A stretch of DNA of 64,000 nucleotides, taken from assembly GCA_035633495.1 (NCBI GenBank), contig DASQEU010000143.1. One strand, written 5' to 3'. Positions 18,622-29,374 of this stretch are shown here, piece after piece. Both the position numbers and the translations under genes were made by a program. The stretch's first letter is position 1; every line of letters begins with the position of its first letter. Under the pieces are notes generated by a model. It ran no database searches. It was not told the origin of the DNA and saw nothing but the letters and a program-made list of their open reading frames with translations. The stretch comes from Mycobacterium sp. Its GTDB lineage: Bacteria > Actinomycetota > Actinomycetes > Mycobacteriales > Mycobacteriaceae.

Positions 18622-19316
18622 GCCTCTACCGTAGTGGCACCATCCGCCTGGGTGACTCGGTGCCGACGGCGAACCGCATGGCTCCTCACGAGGATGACCG
18701 TGCTGATTCCGAATACCCAGGCCGGGAACACGAGCGTGATCCACAGGTTGCGAGTGACCACCAGGAGCAGGCTCACGGCCAGCAGGTAGGTGACGAACGC
18801 CAACCAGCGTGGCATCAGCCTGGTACGGATCCAGATGGTGGCCAGCGAAATCATGAACACCCCAGCGAAACGAACCCCCCACACGTTGCTGATCTGGAGC
18901 ATCAGCGACCTAGCAAAGTAGATCAATCCGTTCGAGGCCATCACCGGGATCTGAGCGACCATCAGGATCGCTCCGGCGATGGACATCGAGACGGCCACCG
19001 TTGCAAGGAACAAGAGTCCGCTGCCGAGGAAGACGGACCCGAAGAAGCGGTCCTCGAGGTTACCTAGCTGGTCCCTCACGACCCCGATGAACCACAGGAA
19101 GGCGATGCTGGCGAGCGGAGCCAACACCAACGCCGTACTGATTCTGGTTTCGCCGCGGGTCACCCACGCTGTTTGCGCGAAGGGATCGTCGGGGACCGCG
19201 CTGCGCAGCAAGACCAGGCTGGACGCGAACAGCACGGCGAAAAGAATGCCGGCGATGGCAGCGCCACGAGGCGTGCTGAGCCGCTGGACCGGTCTGGGGC
19301 GATTAACGTCGTCCAT
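18618..19316 (-). CDS. Hypothetical multi-TM membrane protein
   Basis: About six hydrophobic helices (AFLWFIGVVRDQLGNLEDRFF). The stop overlaps the tldD start. Confidence 0.75.
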   Translation of the reverse strand: MDDVNRPRPVQRLSTPRGAAIAGILFAVLFASSLVLLRSAVPDDPFAQTAWVTRGETRISTALVLAPLASIAFLWFIGVVRDQLGNLEDRFFGSVFLGSGLLFLATVAVSMSIAGAILMVAQIPVMASNGLIYFARSLMLQISNVWGVRFAGVFMISLATIWIRTRLMPRWLAFVTYLLAVSLLLVVTRNLWITLVFPAWVFGISTVILVRSHAVRRRHRVTQADGATTVEA

Positions 19317-19353
19317 GTGCTGCCTTCTTCGAAATATCATGCAATGCAAGCTG

Positions 19354-19737
19354 TTACAGCCGCAGGGTGACGCCGAGCAGCGCGATCACGCCGAGACCGA
19401 CGATCATCGCTGCGACGATCGCGGCAATCGAATAACGCATTGGTCCGAAGTCTGCCCGCAGCACCGTCAACTCCTGGCGGTGCTGAATCCAGGCAAGTAT
19501 CAGCGCCACCAGTCCGATGAGAATCATGACCACCCCGAACACCTGGGGGCTGACGTACGGGTCACGCAGCCGTTCGTTCTGCGAGAGGTACAGGAAGATC
19601 TGGTAGATGGTGAAACCGAAGGCGATCAGCGACGTGCTGGTGCGGGTCCAGGCCATCAACGTTCGTTCCAGTGCCAGGCGGTTGCGTTCAGCGGCCAGTT
19701 GAGTGTTCGTGTCCAGCTGACGCTCTGCCATGGCCAC
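19354..19737 (-). CDS. DUF202/YidH-family membrane protein
   Basis: RNRLALERTLMAWTRTSTSLIAFGF signature with three TM segments. Confidence 0.88.
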   Translation of the reverse strand: MAMAERQLDTNTQLAAERNRLALERTLMAWTRTSTSLIAFGFTIYQIFLYLSQNERLRDPYVSPQVFGVVMILIGLVALILAWIQHRQELTVLRADFGPMRYSIAAIVAAMIVGLGVIALLGVTLRL

Positions 19738-19890
19738 CTCTCGGCCGGTCCGAACCGGCTCCCAAACAGATTATCGCGCCCGCAGATATTGAGGTTACTA
19801 TGCCAATTGATTATCTCCCGAACGGCAGAAGACCATTAAGGGTTGCTCGCTCCCGTCGCGCGATCCCCAGTCGAGAAGCGAGTCGGTGCC

Positions 19891-21219
19891 GTGAGTCACT
19901 ACCCGCAGACATGTCTTATCTCGCCGGACGAAGCGAGGGCCATCGCCGCCGAAGCCTACGTCTACGCCTATGCGCCGCTATTCAATTACAAGACGCTGTT
20001 TCAGCAGACGCAGGATTTCTCGTTTCCGGGCTACATCGGCGGTTTCGGACGATTCCGCCACTATTCCCGAGGTTTCACTCCCGCCGACACCGACATCGTG
20101 ACCCCGAGCAAAGACACGCCGTACTCCTGGGCGTGGCTCGACCTGCGCGCGGAGCCCGTGGTACTCAGCGTTCCGGCGATCCGGACGCGTTACTACGTCC
20201 TGCAGTGGTTCGACATGTACACGCACAACTTCGCCTACATCGGTTCGCGGGCGACGGGCGTGGAAGCGGGCAACTACCTGTTCGCGGGGCCTGGCTGGCA
20301 CGGCGACGCGCCGAACGGCATCACCGAGGTCCTCCATTCGGAGACCGACATCATCGGCACCCTCACTCGCACTGCGCGGACCGGGCCCGAGGAGAAGGAA
20401 GCCCTGCAAAGCGTGCAGCGCCAATACCGCTTGACGCCGCTGAGCGAGTTCGCCGGCACCCGGCCGCCCGCTCCGGCGCCAGCGCTGAGTTTCCCCGCGT
20501 GGGATGAAAGTCATTCCGCGACAACCAACTTCATCTCGTATCTAAACTTCATCCTCCGGTTGTGTCCGGAACTGCCGGCGGAGAAAGAGCAACGTGCGCG
20601 CTTTGCCCGCATCGGGATCGGTGCCGGGCGCCCCTTCGACGCCGCAGCGCTGGATCCCACCGTCCGCACCGCGATCGCGGCGGGTATTGCCCAGGGCCAG
20701 AAGGCAATCGAGAAGACCGTGGCTGCCACCCGCAGTTCGACGGAGTTCTTCGGCACCCGCGAATTCCTCGGCGCGGACTTCGCCGTGAAGCGGGCGGTCG
20801 CCGCGACGATGGGCATCTACGGCAACTCCAAGGAAGAAGCGGTCTACACCCCGTGGCAGGTCGACGCGGACGGCCACCCGCTCGACGGCGCGAACCGCTA
20901 CCTGCTGCACTTCACCGCCGAACAGGTGCCACCCGTGCAGTACTTCTGGTCGCAGACGATGTACAACCTCCCGCAGCGGCTGCTCGTGGACAACCCACTC
21001 GACCGCCACGCCATCGGCGGCCGCACAACGGGATTGACCACCGAGGCCGACGGCTCAGTAACCATCTACGTTCAGGCCGAGTCGCCCGGTGAGGGAAAGG
21101 AATCCAACTGGCTGCCCTCACCCGACGGCCCGTTCTACATGGTGCTGCGCATGTATGGCCCGCAAGGGTCACTCGCCGACGGCACGTGGGTCGCCCCGCA
21201 GCCACGCCTCGTGAAGTAA
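19891..21219 (+). CDS. DUF1254/DUF1214 domain protein
   Basis: EAYVYAYAP, DIVTPSKDTPYS..WLDLRAEPVVL, DADGHPLDGANRYLLHF, FWSQTMY, NWLPSPDGPFYMVLRMYGP. Confidence 0.9.
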   Translation: MSHYPQTCLISPDEARAIAAEAYVYAYAPLFNYKTLFQQTQDFSFPGYIGGFGRFRHYSRGFTPADTDIVTPSKDTPYSWAWLDLRAEPVVLSVPAIRTRYYVLQWFDMYTHNFAYIGSRATGVEAGNYLFAGPGWHGDAPNGITEVLHSETDIIGTLTRTARTGPEEKEALQSVQRQYRLTPLSEFAGTRPPAPAPALSFPAWDESHSATTNFISYLNFILRLCPELPAEKEQRARFARIGIGAGRPFDAAALDPTVRTAIAAGIAQGQKAIEKTVAATRSSTEFFGTREFLGADFAVKRAVAATMGIYGNSKEEAVYTPWQVDADGHPLDGANRYLLHFTAEQVPPVQYFWSQTMYNLPQRLLVDNPLDRHAIGGRTTGLTTEADGSVTIYVQAESPGEGKESNWLPSPDGPFYMVLRMYGPQGSLADGTWVAPQPRLVK

Positions 21220-21256
21220 TCCGGACCCGACCGATCACTGAAAGGACCAACGAACG

Positions 21257-22699
21257 ATGGCCGCGACACCCGAACCTGGCATCGCCCTCGAAGACGCCAC
21301 CCTGCATGGCAACGAGACCATCCACACCCCCGTCGGTGACATCGAGTTGGTGCATGGCTACTTCGATGTGGATGCCTCGAATCGGTTGTTCGACGAGATG
21401 GACTATCAGCGGGCGGTCCAGGCCTACCTCTGGAGCCATCCGCTGGTGAGCGTGGCCACGTGGCGCAACCGGCAGGCAGCGGCCTTTGGCGTCACCGGGG
21501 AGACCGACTTCGTGGTGCAGCGATCGCTCAAGGAGAAGCGTGGCATCGTCACCGCCAATCTGACGACGCCGTACATCTTCAACTTCATCAGCCTTGCCGA
21601 CGGTCCGCTGGAGATCGACTACCCCGCCGGGTTGACGGCAGGTGGCGTCCTCGACTTCTGGCAGCGCCCCGTCGCCGACCTCGGTCTCACCGGACCCGAC
21701 GGCGGCAACGGCGGCAAGTACGTCATCGTCGGGCCGGATGCGGACGCGGCGACGTTCTCCAAGCCCGGCCACTTCGTGCGTCAGAGCGCGACCAACAACG
21801 TCGGTGTGCTGTTGCGCATCTTGGACGAGACTCCCTCGTACTACCAAACGTTCAAGACGACGATGAAAATGGGACGTGTCGGGCAGCCGCTGGCGACGAG
21901 TCGTTTCATCGAAGACATCGACGTCGAATGGAGCGCTACGGCGCCACGGGGCCTCGACTACTGGGAGACCCTGTCGAGCATCCTCGACGAGGAACCCGTC
22001 CGCGCGATCGACAAGGCGTGGATGGCCATGATCCGGCCTTTGGGCATCGAGCAGGGTAGACCGTTCTGCCCCAACGAGCGCCTGCAGACCATCCTGCTCA
22101 GGGGGGCGGCCATGGGTGAGCTGATGGCGCGCAACCTGCAGTGCAATCCTCGCTTCGCCGAGCCGTACTGGACCGGCACCTCTTGGTACAAGAGCTTCGA
22201 CTTCTCGCTCGCGCAGGAAACCGAGACCCGCGTGGAACTCGACGAACGCACCACCTGGTTCTACGAGGCCGTCGGGAGCAGCGAGGGCATGGTGAACCCC
22301 CAGGTCGGCACCGGGCAGGTGTACATGACGACTAAACGAGACAGCGACGGCAACACCCTGCGCGCCGACAAGACCTACCGGCTGCGAGTGCCCCATGACG
22401 TTCCCGTCGGCCAGTTCTGGGCGCTGACCCTCTACAGCGAGAACACCCGCAGGCCCTACGACAACGGCGGCGGCGGCGTCCGGAGCGCGAACCTCGACAA
22501 CACGTTGGAGGATTTGCGGTACAACGACGACGGCAGTGTCGATCTCTTCATCGGCCCGCACGCGCCGGCCGGCTACGAAAAGAACTTCATGAAGACGGTG
22601 GGCACCGACGGCTGGTTCGTCTATTTCCGCCTGTACGCACCCCTGCAGCCTTTCTTTGACAAAACCTTCGCCCTCAACGATTTCGAGATGATCGCCTGA
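21257..22699 (+). CDS. DUF1254/DUF1214 domain protein (second type)
   Basis: MDYQRAVQAYLW, TANLTTPY, GPDGGNGGKYVIVGP, FWALTLY, GWFVYFRLYAP. AAAGGA RBS. Confidence 0.9.
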   Translation: MAATPEPGIALEDATLHGNETIHTPVGDIELVHGYFDVDASNRLFDEMDYQRAVQAYLWSHPLVSVATWRNRQAAAFGVTGETDFVVQRSLKEKRGIVTANLTTPYIFNFISLADGPLEIDYPAGLTAGGVLDFWQRPVADLGLTGPDGGNGGKYVIVGPDADAATFSKPGHFVRQSATNNVGVLLRILDETPSYYQTFKTTMKMGRVGQPLATSRFIEDIDVEWSATAPRGLDYWETLSSILDEEPVRAIDKAWMAMIRPLGIEQGRPFCPNERLQTILLRGAAMGELMARNLQCNPRFAEPYWTGTSWYKSFDFSLAQETETRVELDERTTWFYEAVGSSEGMVNPQVGTGQVYMTTKRDSDGNTLRADKTYRLRVPHDVPVGQFWALTLYSENTRRPYDNGGGGVRSANLDNTLEDLRYNDDGSVDLFIGPHAPAGYEKNFMKTVGTDGWFVYFRLYAPLQPFFDKTFALNDFEMIA

Positions 22700-22745
22700 T
22701 CGAGGCGCTCACCGACGAGTGGGCACTGTCCGCGCGGGGGCGGCC

Positions 22746-23636
22746 ATGACCTTTAATGATCGGATGGGTCGCCTGCGCATTCGCAACACCGTCGTGGGCT
22801 ACGCGCTGCTCGCCCCCAGTCTCTTCGGCGTGGTGACCTTCCTGCTGCTGCCGATGCTCGTCGTGGGATGGCTGAGCCTGCACAGCTGGGACCTGCTGGG
22901 GCCGATCGACTATGTGGGGCTGACCAATTGGCGATCGGTTCTGGGTGACGAGACCTTCGGCACGTCGCTGGCCGCCACCGGCGTCTTCATACTTCTGGTC
23001 GTCCCTCTGCAAACCGTGCTCGGATTGTTCGCGGCCGCAATGCTCGCCCGCAACCTACCGGGCAGTGGATTCCTCCGGACGCTGTACGTACTGCCGTGGA
23101 TCTGCTCGCCGCTGGCGATCGCCGTGCTGTGGAAGTGGATCCTGGCGCCGAGCGACGGCGCAGTGAGCACCGTGCTTGGCTATCCCGTCGAGTGGCTCAC
23201 CGATCCCGTGCTCGCGCTGCCCGTCGTCTCGGCGGTCACGGTGTGGACCAACGTCGGCTACGTGACGTTGTTCTTCCTCGCCGGCATCCTGGCCATCCCC
23301 CGCGAGGTGCAGAACGCGGCACGCACCGACGGGGCGAATGCCTGGCAGCGGTTCAGGTACATCACGCTGCCGATGCTGCGGCCGACACTGTTCTTCGTGC
23401 TCGTCACCGGGATCGTCAGCGCTGCGCAGGTTTTCGACACCGTGTATGCCCTGACGGGTGGTGGGCCCCAGGGCCGTACCGACCTCATCGCGCACCGCAT
23501 CTACGCCGAGGCGTTCGGTGCGGCGGCGGTCGGGCGCGCCGCGGTGATGGCGGTCGTGCTGTTCGTGCTGCTGCTCGGCGTGACGCTCGTCCAGCACGTG
23601 TACTTCCGCCGAAGGATCAGCCATGACCTCGTCTGA
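22746..23636 (+). CDS. uspA: Sugar ABC transporter permease
   Basis: EAA-loop variant NAARTDGANAWQRFRYITLPMLRP. Synteny with Mtb uspABC. Confidence 0.88.
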   Translation: MTFNDRMGRLRIRNTVVGYALLAPSLFGVVTFLLLPMLVVGWLSLHSWDLLGPIDYVGLTNWRSVLGDETFGTSLAATGVFILLVVPLQTVLGLFAAAMLARNLPGSGFLRTLYVLPWICSPLAIAVLWKWILAPSDGAVSTVLGYPVEWLTDPVLALPVVSAVTVWTNVGYVTLFFLAGILAIPREVQNAARTDGANAWQRFRYITLPMLRPTLFFVLVTGIVSAAQVFDTVYALTGGGPQGRTDLIAHRIYAEAFGAAAVGRAAVMAVVLFVLLLGVTLVQHVYFRRRISHDLV

Positions 23637-24456
23637 ACGGGGCCGCGTGGTCGTCAACACCGCGATCTACCTGGTGCTCGCCGTCCTCGCGATGATCACG
23701 TTGGTGCCGTTCGGACTCGGCTTGCTGACGTCGTTCACCTCGGCACGGCAGTTCAACACCGAATCCCCCCTGTCGGTGCCGTCCCCGCCGACGCTCGCGA
23801 ACTATCTCGGCCTGGCCGACGCCGGATTCGGAAGGGCGCTGGCGGTGACGGCGCTGATGACCGCCGTCATCCTGCTCGGGCAACTCACCTTCTCGGTGTT
23901 CGCCGCATATGCCTTCGCGCGAATGGAGTTTCCCGGCCGGGACGCACTGTTCTGGGTGTACGTCGCGACACTCATGGTGCCTGCCACCGTCACCGTGGTT
24001 CCGCTCTACCTGATGATGGCCGAAGTCGGCCTGCGCAACACGTTCTGGGCCTTGGTGTTGCCGTTCATGTTCGGCTCCCCGTATGCGATCTTCTTGCTGC
24101 GGGAGTACTTCCGCACGATTCCCGCCGACCTCATCAGGGCCGCCCGGATCGACGGCGCCAACACCCTCGACGTGATCGTGCACGTGGTGCTGCCCGCGAG
24201 CCGCCCGATTCTGGTCACGCTGGCGTTGATCACCGCCGTATCGCAGTGGAACAACTTCATGTGGCCGTTGGTGATCACCAGCGGCGGCACGTGGCAGGTG
24301 CTGACCGTGGCCACCGCCGGCCTGCAACGCCGGTACGACGCACAGTGGACGCTGGTGATGGCTGCGACGACGGTGGCGATCGTCCCCCTGATCGTGCTCT
24401 TCGTGGCGTTCGGCCGCCACATCGTCCGCTCCATCGTGGTGACGGGTATCAAGTGA
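23623..24456 (+). CDS. uspB: Sugar ABC transporter permease
   Basis: RAARIDGAN motif, SQWNNFMWPL. Confidence 0.88.
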   Translation: MTSSERGRVVVNTAIYLVLAVLAMITLVPFGLGLLTSFTSARQFNTESPLSVPSPPTLANYLGLADAGFGRALAVTALMTAVILLGQLTFSVFAAYAFARMEFPGRDALFWVYVATLMVPATVTVVPLYLMMAEVGLRNTFWALVLPFMFGSPYAIFLLREYFRTIPADLIRAARIDGANTLDVIVHVVLPASRPILVTLALITAVSQWNNFMWPLVITSGGTWQVLTVATAGLQRRYDAQWTLVMAATTVAIVPLIVLFVAFGRHIVRSIVVTGIK

Positions 24457-25799
24457 CGCGCAGACCGAAGTTCTCCACGCTGTTCGTCGGGGGGCTCGCC
24501 GTCGTCCTGGCGGTGCTGCTCGGCGCCGCGGTGCTGCTGGGCGGGTCGAGCGAACGCTCCGGCAAGACGGTGGTGACGGTGCGACTCTGGGACGAACAGG
24601 TGGCCGCTGCCTACCGTCAATCGTTCGACGAGTTCACCACCGAGCACCCCGACATCGAGGTGCGCCTCAACGTCGTCGCCTACTCGTCCTACTTCGACAC
24701 ACTGCGCACCGACGTCGCGGGCGGCGGCGCAGACGACGTCTTCTGGCTCTCCAACGCCTATTTCGCCAATTACGCCGACAACGGCAGGCTGCTCGACATC
24801 GGAAAGACGCTGGGTCCGGGTGCGGCTCGGGCCTGGGAAACCCCGGTGGTGCAACAGTTCACGCGCAATGGCGTGCTGTGGGGCGTGCCTCAGCTTACCG
24901 ACGCCGGCATCGCGGTGTACTTCAACGCCGACCTGCTGGATCGGGCGGGTGTGGGCCTCGCCGAGCTGCTCGGGCTGCGGTGGTCACGGGGTGGGACCTC
25001 CGCCGGTGACACCCTGCGACCGTTGCTGGCCCGGCTGACGGTGGATGCCGACGGAAACCGCGCCAACACAACGCAATTCGATCCGACCAGGATCAAGCAG
25101 TGGGGTTACAACGCAGCCAACGACCTGCAGGGCATCTACCTCGACTACATCGGCTCGGCGGGAGGATCGTTCCAAGACGGCGACCGGTTCGCGTTCGACA
25201 ATCCTGCGGCGATCCAGGCGTTCGAGTATCTGGTCGGACTCATCAACGACGACCACGTCGCTCCCCCGGCGTCCGATACCAACGACAACGGTGACTTCTC
25301 GCGCAACCGATTCCTGCAGGGACGGATGGCCCTGTTTCAGTCCGGCACCTACAATTTGGCCGCGATCGCCGACCAGGCGCCGTTCCGCTGGGGGGTGACC
25401 ATGCTGCCGACGGGTCCGACGGGTCGCGTCAGCGTCACCAACGGAATCGCCGCCGCAGGCAATGCCGCCTCGCCGCATCCGGACGCCGTCCGCGAAGTGC
25501 TCGCCTGGATGGGCAGCACCCGCGGCAACGAATTCCTCGGGGCCTACGGCGCGGCGATCCCGGCCGTCATCGCGGCCCAGCCCGCGTACTTCGACCACTG
25601 GGCCGCGAGGGGCGTCGACGTGACCCCGTTCTTCAAGGTGCTGGACGGGCCCCGCATCGCAGCGCCGGGTGGGCCCGGTTTCGCCGCGGGGTATCAAGCC
25701 ATCAAGCCGTACTTCGACGAGATGTTCCTCGGCCGTCGCGACGTGCCGAGCAGCCTCTCCGACGCCCAGTCCGCGGCGAATGCCGCTGCAGATCGCTAG
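24453..25799 (+). CDS. uspC: Sugar ABC transporter substrate-binding protein
   Basis: GTG overlaps the uspB stop. N-terminal anchor followed by VTVRLWDEQV and VPQLTDAGIAVYFN. Confidence 0.88.
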   Translation: MTRRPKFSTLFVGGLAVVLAVLLGAAVLLGGSSERSGKTVVTVRLWDEQVAAAYRQSFDEFTTEHPDIEVRLNVVAYSSYFDTLRTDVAGGGADDVFWLSNAYFANYADNGRLLDIGKTLGPGAARAWETPVVQQFTRNGVLWGVPQLTDAGIAVYFNADLLDRAGVGLAELLGLRWSRGGTSAGDTLRPLLARLTVDADGNRANTTQFDPTRIKQWGYNAANDLQGIYLDYIGSAGGSFQDGDRFAFDNPAAIQAFEYLVGLINDDHVAPPASDTNDNGDFSRNRFLQGRMALFQSGTYNLAAIADQAPFRWGVTMLPTGPTGRVSVTNGIAAAGNAASPHPDAVREVLAWMGSTRGNEFLGAYGAAIPAVIAAQPAYFDHWAARGVDVTPFFKVLDGPRIAAPGGPGFAAGYQAIKPYFDEMFLGRRDVPSSLSDAQSAANAAADR

Positions 25800-25895
25800 C
25801 CACCTCCCCGCCGAACGTGGATTACCCCACGCCTTTCTCTTGGCGAACGTGGATCAAGTGCCCACTCGCCGGGGTGTTCGAGCGAGCAAATCTAG
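25797..25895. repeat. Two truncated REP-like palindrome units between convergent genes
   Basis: GCCGAACGTGGATTA and GGCGAACGTGGATCA are near-direct repeats, each preceded by a pyrimidine run. Confidence 0.5.
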
Positions 25896-26725
25896 CTCGT
25901 CGCCAGCGGGGTGAACAGCTCGACGTACACCGCGGCGGCACATATCCCGATGACGACCGCACCGGCCACGGCGTCAGCCCACCCCGGCCGTGACGGCAGC
26001 GCGGAGATCTGACCCGCGCCACCGCGCGCCGTGATCGCATCACCCATCTCGTCGGCGCGCCGCAGGGCCACGGTGACGGCCGCCGCGAGCAGATCGATGA
26101 TCTCCCTGGACATTCGGCGTCGCCGTTCCCTCGCCGTGGTGGCAGGCTCACGGGGCCTGAGCTTGCGGGCGGCGAACAGCACGCGGAACTCGTCGATGAG
26201 CATCGGAAAGGCCCGCAGCGCAAGCGAAAGCGTGACCGCCCAGTCGTCGACCGGAAGACGCAGCAGCCGCAGCGGTCTGCCGATCTTCGCCACCGCCGGC
26301 GCGATCTCTGCGACGTTGGTGGTCCACGAGATCAACCCGCCGAGCCCGAGCAGAACGATCGAGAGCACCGTGATCTGAAGGAACTTCAGCAGTCCACCGA
26401 GTCCGAGGTCCAGGGACGCGACGACGACGCGGGGGCTTCCGCCGGCGAACGACGCCGTCAACGCACCGAAAAACAGCAACCCCCATAGCCAGCGAGGCAC
26501 GGACGGCAACACGCCACGGGGAATGCGGGCGATCCACGCCGTGACCAGGACGAGCGCGGCGACCAGGGCGATGGGCACCCAGCCCGGATAGAGCGTGAGC
26601 AGGACACCGATGACGGCGACGACGAGGAGCTTCGTGCCCGCCCACAGCTCGTGGATGACGCTGCGGCCAGGTACCGGCCGGAGCAGCACGACGGGTCGGG
26701 ACGGGCGGCGCTGGGGCGCGGTCAC
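25892..26725 (-). CDS. ECF transporter T component (CbiQ/EcfT; Rv2325c-like)
   Basis: [35 protein letters not shown]. Confidence 0.88.
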   Translation of the reverse strand: MTAPQRRPSRPVVLLRPVPGRSVIHELWAGTKLLVVAVIGVLLTLYPGWVPIALVAALVLVTAWIARIPRGVLPSVPRWLWGLLFFGALTASFAGGSPRVVVASLDLGLGGLLKFLQITVLSIVLLGLGGLISWTTNVAEIAPAVAKIGRPLRLLRLPVDDWAVTLSLALRAFPMLIDEFRVLFAARKLRPREPATTARERRRRMSREIIDLLAAAVTVALRRADEMGDAITARGGAGQISALPSRPGWADAVAGAVVIGICAAAVYVELFTPLATS

Positions 26726-28779
26726 GCGACACCTCCCGCCGTCGTGGGTGCGGGCATGACGGCGCCGTCGCGCAGGTGCAACGTGCGCGGGCACAGTTCC
26801 TCGAGGCCGGAGAAGTCGTGCGAGATGACGATGACCGTCAGCCCCGCGTCCCGGCGCAGGGCGGACAGCAGCCCCAGCAAGCCGCGTTGACTCGCGGCGT
26901 CCAGGCCGGCCAGTGGCTCGTCGAGGATCAGCACCCGCGGCTTGCGGGCCAGCAGTCCCGCCAGCACCACCCGACGCATCTGCCCGCCGCTGAGCTGGTC
27001 GATGCGCCGCAGCCCGATCGTCGGGTCGAGGCCGACCATGGCCAGCGCCGCGACGATCTGCGAGTGGTCGTAGTAGTCCAGTCCGGCCGCCGACGCGATC
27101 TCCATGTCGACGCGCCCGCGCATCAGCTGCAATCTCGCGGCCTGGAACGAGATCGCCACGGCGCCAGCCTGTTCCGTGACGGGGCTACCGTCCAGCAGGC
27201 AGGTCCCGGAGGTCGGCGCCAGCAGGCCCGCCATGATCCACGCCAGCGTCGACTTCCCCGACCCGTTGAGGCCGTGGATCAGGACGCCGTCACCCTCGTT
27301 GACGACGAGGTCCACGTCACGCAATGCGGTTGACGCCCAAGGGGTTCCCAGTCCGTACTCGTGCCCGATGCCCTTGAGTTCCAGCAGAGGTGACCCGCCG
27401 CGCCGGGTCTGCGCACCGGTGGGGGCCGGTGCAGGCGCGGTGCTGACCATCTCGACGTTGTCCGCGGTGCCACCGTTGCCCGTGAGGTCGATTACTCGAT
27501 CCGCCGACTCGGCCTCGTCGTTGTAGTGCGTGATGTGCACCAACGACATTCGGTGCCTCTTGGTCAGCCCCGACAGTACGGAGATGAGCGCTTCGCGGCC
27601 CTGCTGGTCGACCATGCTGGTGACCTCGTCGGCGATCAGCAACGACGGCTCCCGCGCCAGGGCCGCCGCGACTGCGAGCCGCTGCAGTTCGCCGCCCGAC
27701 AGACCGCCGGTGTCACGTTCGGCCAACCCGTCCAGCCCGACCTCCGCGAGCAGTCGGTCGACGTCCGTGGTGGCACCCGGCGGGAGGCCGAACACGACGT
27801 CGTCGGCGACGCGGCTACCCAGGACCTGACTCTCGGGGTGCTGCATGACGACCGCGGTTCCACCGACCTTGCCGAGGCCGACCGCTCCGGGCCGGTCCAC
27901 GGTGCCGGCAGTCGGGGGCCGGCCCGACAGCACGAGCATCAGGGTCGTCTTACCCGACCCGTTGGGGCCGGTGACGGCGACGTGTTCACCCTCGGCGACG
28001 AACAGGGACATCGGGCCGAGCGCATCGTGACCCGCGCCGTCGTAGCGGAAGCGGACGTCGCGGAACCGGGCGGGCACCGGACCGACGGGTTGGGCCGAGT
28101 CGACGACATCGAGCTTGTGCACGTCGGGTACGCCGGACAGGCGCACGAGCACTCGGGACAACGCCCACCATCCGATGAGGGTGACGGAGCCAATGCTGAG
28201 AATGCTGGAGCCGATGATCAGCACGGGCCAGTAGGTCAGCACCGTCGCGAAGTCGTCCCTGAGTCGCTCTGCAGCCGCCTCCAGGCCGGAGATGCGTTCG
28301 AGCACCGCGGCGATGCCATTGACGTTGGCCGTCATCGACTCGAAGACCAGGTCGCGGATCCGGTGGAAGACCATCAGGAAGGCGACGCCGAACACGCCGA
28401 ACACCGCGCCCGCGATCAATGCCGCGAAGGTGATCGTCGCAGTGCCGCGCCCACGGCGCTTGACGATCCCGGTCAGGCCGCCGATGTAGGCGCAGTTGAA
28501 GACCGTCATCAGTCCGCCGAATCCGGCGATCAGGAAGGCGACGATGCCGCCGGCGACGGTCGCCGCGATGAGTACCCGGAAGCGGTGACGGTAGGCGAGC
28601 AGCCCCATGGGGACGGTGCCGAGCACCGACAGACCTGCGGCGAAGGGGACGACGACCGCGATGATCGCGGTGGCTGCGCACAGCGCGGCCATGACGGCGG
28701 CGTGCGCCAACTCGTCGGGCTTCATCGAGCCAGCCCGTGGAGGTGCGCCGCCGCCGGTCTCGCTCCCGGTCTGGGCCAT
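26722..28779 (-). CDS. Membrane domain fused to tandem ABC ATPases (Rv2326c-like)
   Basis: N-terminal TM domain. Two Walker A motifs ([16 protein letters not shown]) and two signatures (LSGGE, LSGGQ). Confidence 0.9.
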   Translation of the reverse strand: MAQTGSETGGGAPPRAGSMKPDELAHAAVMAALCAATAIIAVVVPFAAGLSVLGTVPMGLLAYRHRFRVLIAATVAGGIVAFLIAGFGGLMTVFNCAYIGGLTGIVKRRGRGTATITFAALIAGAVFGVFGVAFLMVFHRIRDLVFESMTANVNGIAAVLERISGLEAAAERLRDDFATVLTYWPVLIIGSSILSIGSVTLIGWWALSRVLVRLSGVPDVHKLDVVDSAQPVGPVPARFRDVRFRYDGAGHDALGPMSLFVAEGEHVAVTGPNGSGKTTLMLVLSGRPPTAGTVDRPGAVGLGKVGGTAVVMQHPESQVLGSRVADDVVFGLPPGATTDVDRLLAEVGLDGLAERDTGGLSGGELQRLAVAAALAREPSLLIADEVTSMVDQQGREALISVLSGLTKRHRMSLVHITHYNDEAESADRVIDLTGNGGTADNVEMVSTAPAPAPTGAQTRRGGSPLLELKGIGHEYGLGTPWASTALRDVDLVVNEGDGVLIHGLNGSGKSTLAWIMAGLLAPTSGTCLLDGSPVTEQAGAVAISFQAARLQLMRGRVDMEIASAAGLDYYDHSQIVAALAMVGLDPTIGLRRIDQLSGGQMRRVVLAGLLARKPRVLILDEPLAGLDAASQRGLLGLLSALRRDAGLTVIVISHDFSGLEELCPRTLHLRDGAVMPAPTTAGGVA

Positions 28780-28886
28780 TTCTCGATTCTGCCAGCTGTC
28801 CACCAAGAGCAGTCTCAGCCGGCTGTGACCATGGCCACGATCCGGTAGCGTTTGATGTACATAGAGATTCTATGTAAGCATGGGGC

Positions 28887-29345
28887 ATGGCCCTTCCGCC
28901 CACGACGCAACCCGCTGCCGACACCTCCCTCGCCGGGGATCTGTTGTCCGTGGTCGCCAGGCTCAACCGGCTCGCCACTCAGCGCGTCAAGATGGAACTG
29001 CCGTACGCACAGGCCCGGCTGTTGTCCACGATCGAGGACCAGGGCGCGGCCCGCATCTCCGACCTCGCCGCCTTCGACCACTGCTCGCAGCCGACCATGA
29101 CCACGCAGGTCCGTCGACTCGAAGACGGCGGGCTGGTGTCACGCATCACCGATCCGGCCGACGCGCGCGCCGTGCTGATCAGCATCACCCCGCGGGGCAA
29201 GGAAGTCCTGGCCCGCGTGCGCGCCGACCGTGGCGCCATCGTCGACCCCTACCTGGAACGTCTCGAGCCGGTCGACCGCGAGTCCCTCACCGAGGCCGTC
29301 CGCGTCATGCGCGCGATCCTCGAGGACGCCCGGCACGACCGCTGA
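28887..29345 (+). CDS. MarR-family transcriptional regulator (Rv2327-like)
   Basis: ARISDLAAFDHCSQPTMTTQVRRLEDGGLVSRITDPADARA. Confidence 0.92.
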   Translation: MALPPTTQPAADTSLAGDLLSVVARLNRLATQRVKMELPYAQARLLSTIEDQGAARISDLAAFDHCSQPTMTTQVRRLEDGGLVSRITDPADARAVLISITPRGKEVLARVRADRGAIVDPYLERLEPVDRESLTEAVRVMRAILEDARHDR

Positions 29346-29374
29346 ACCCCCACCAAAGAAAGGAGCAGCCGCCC

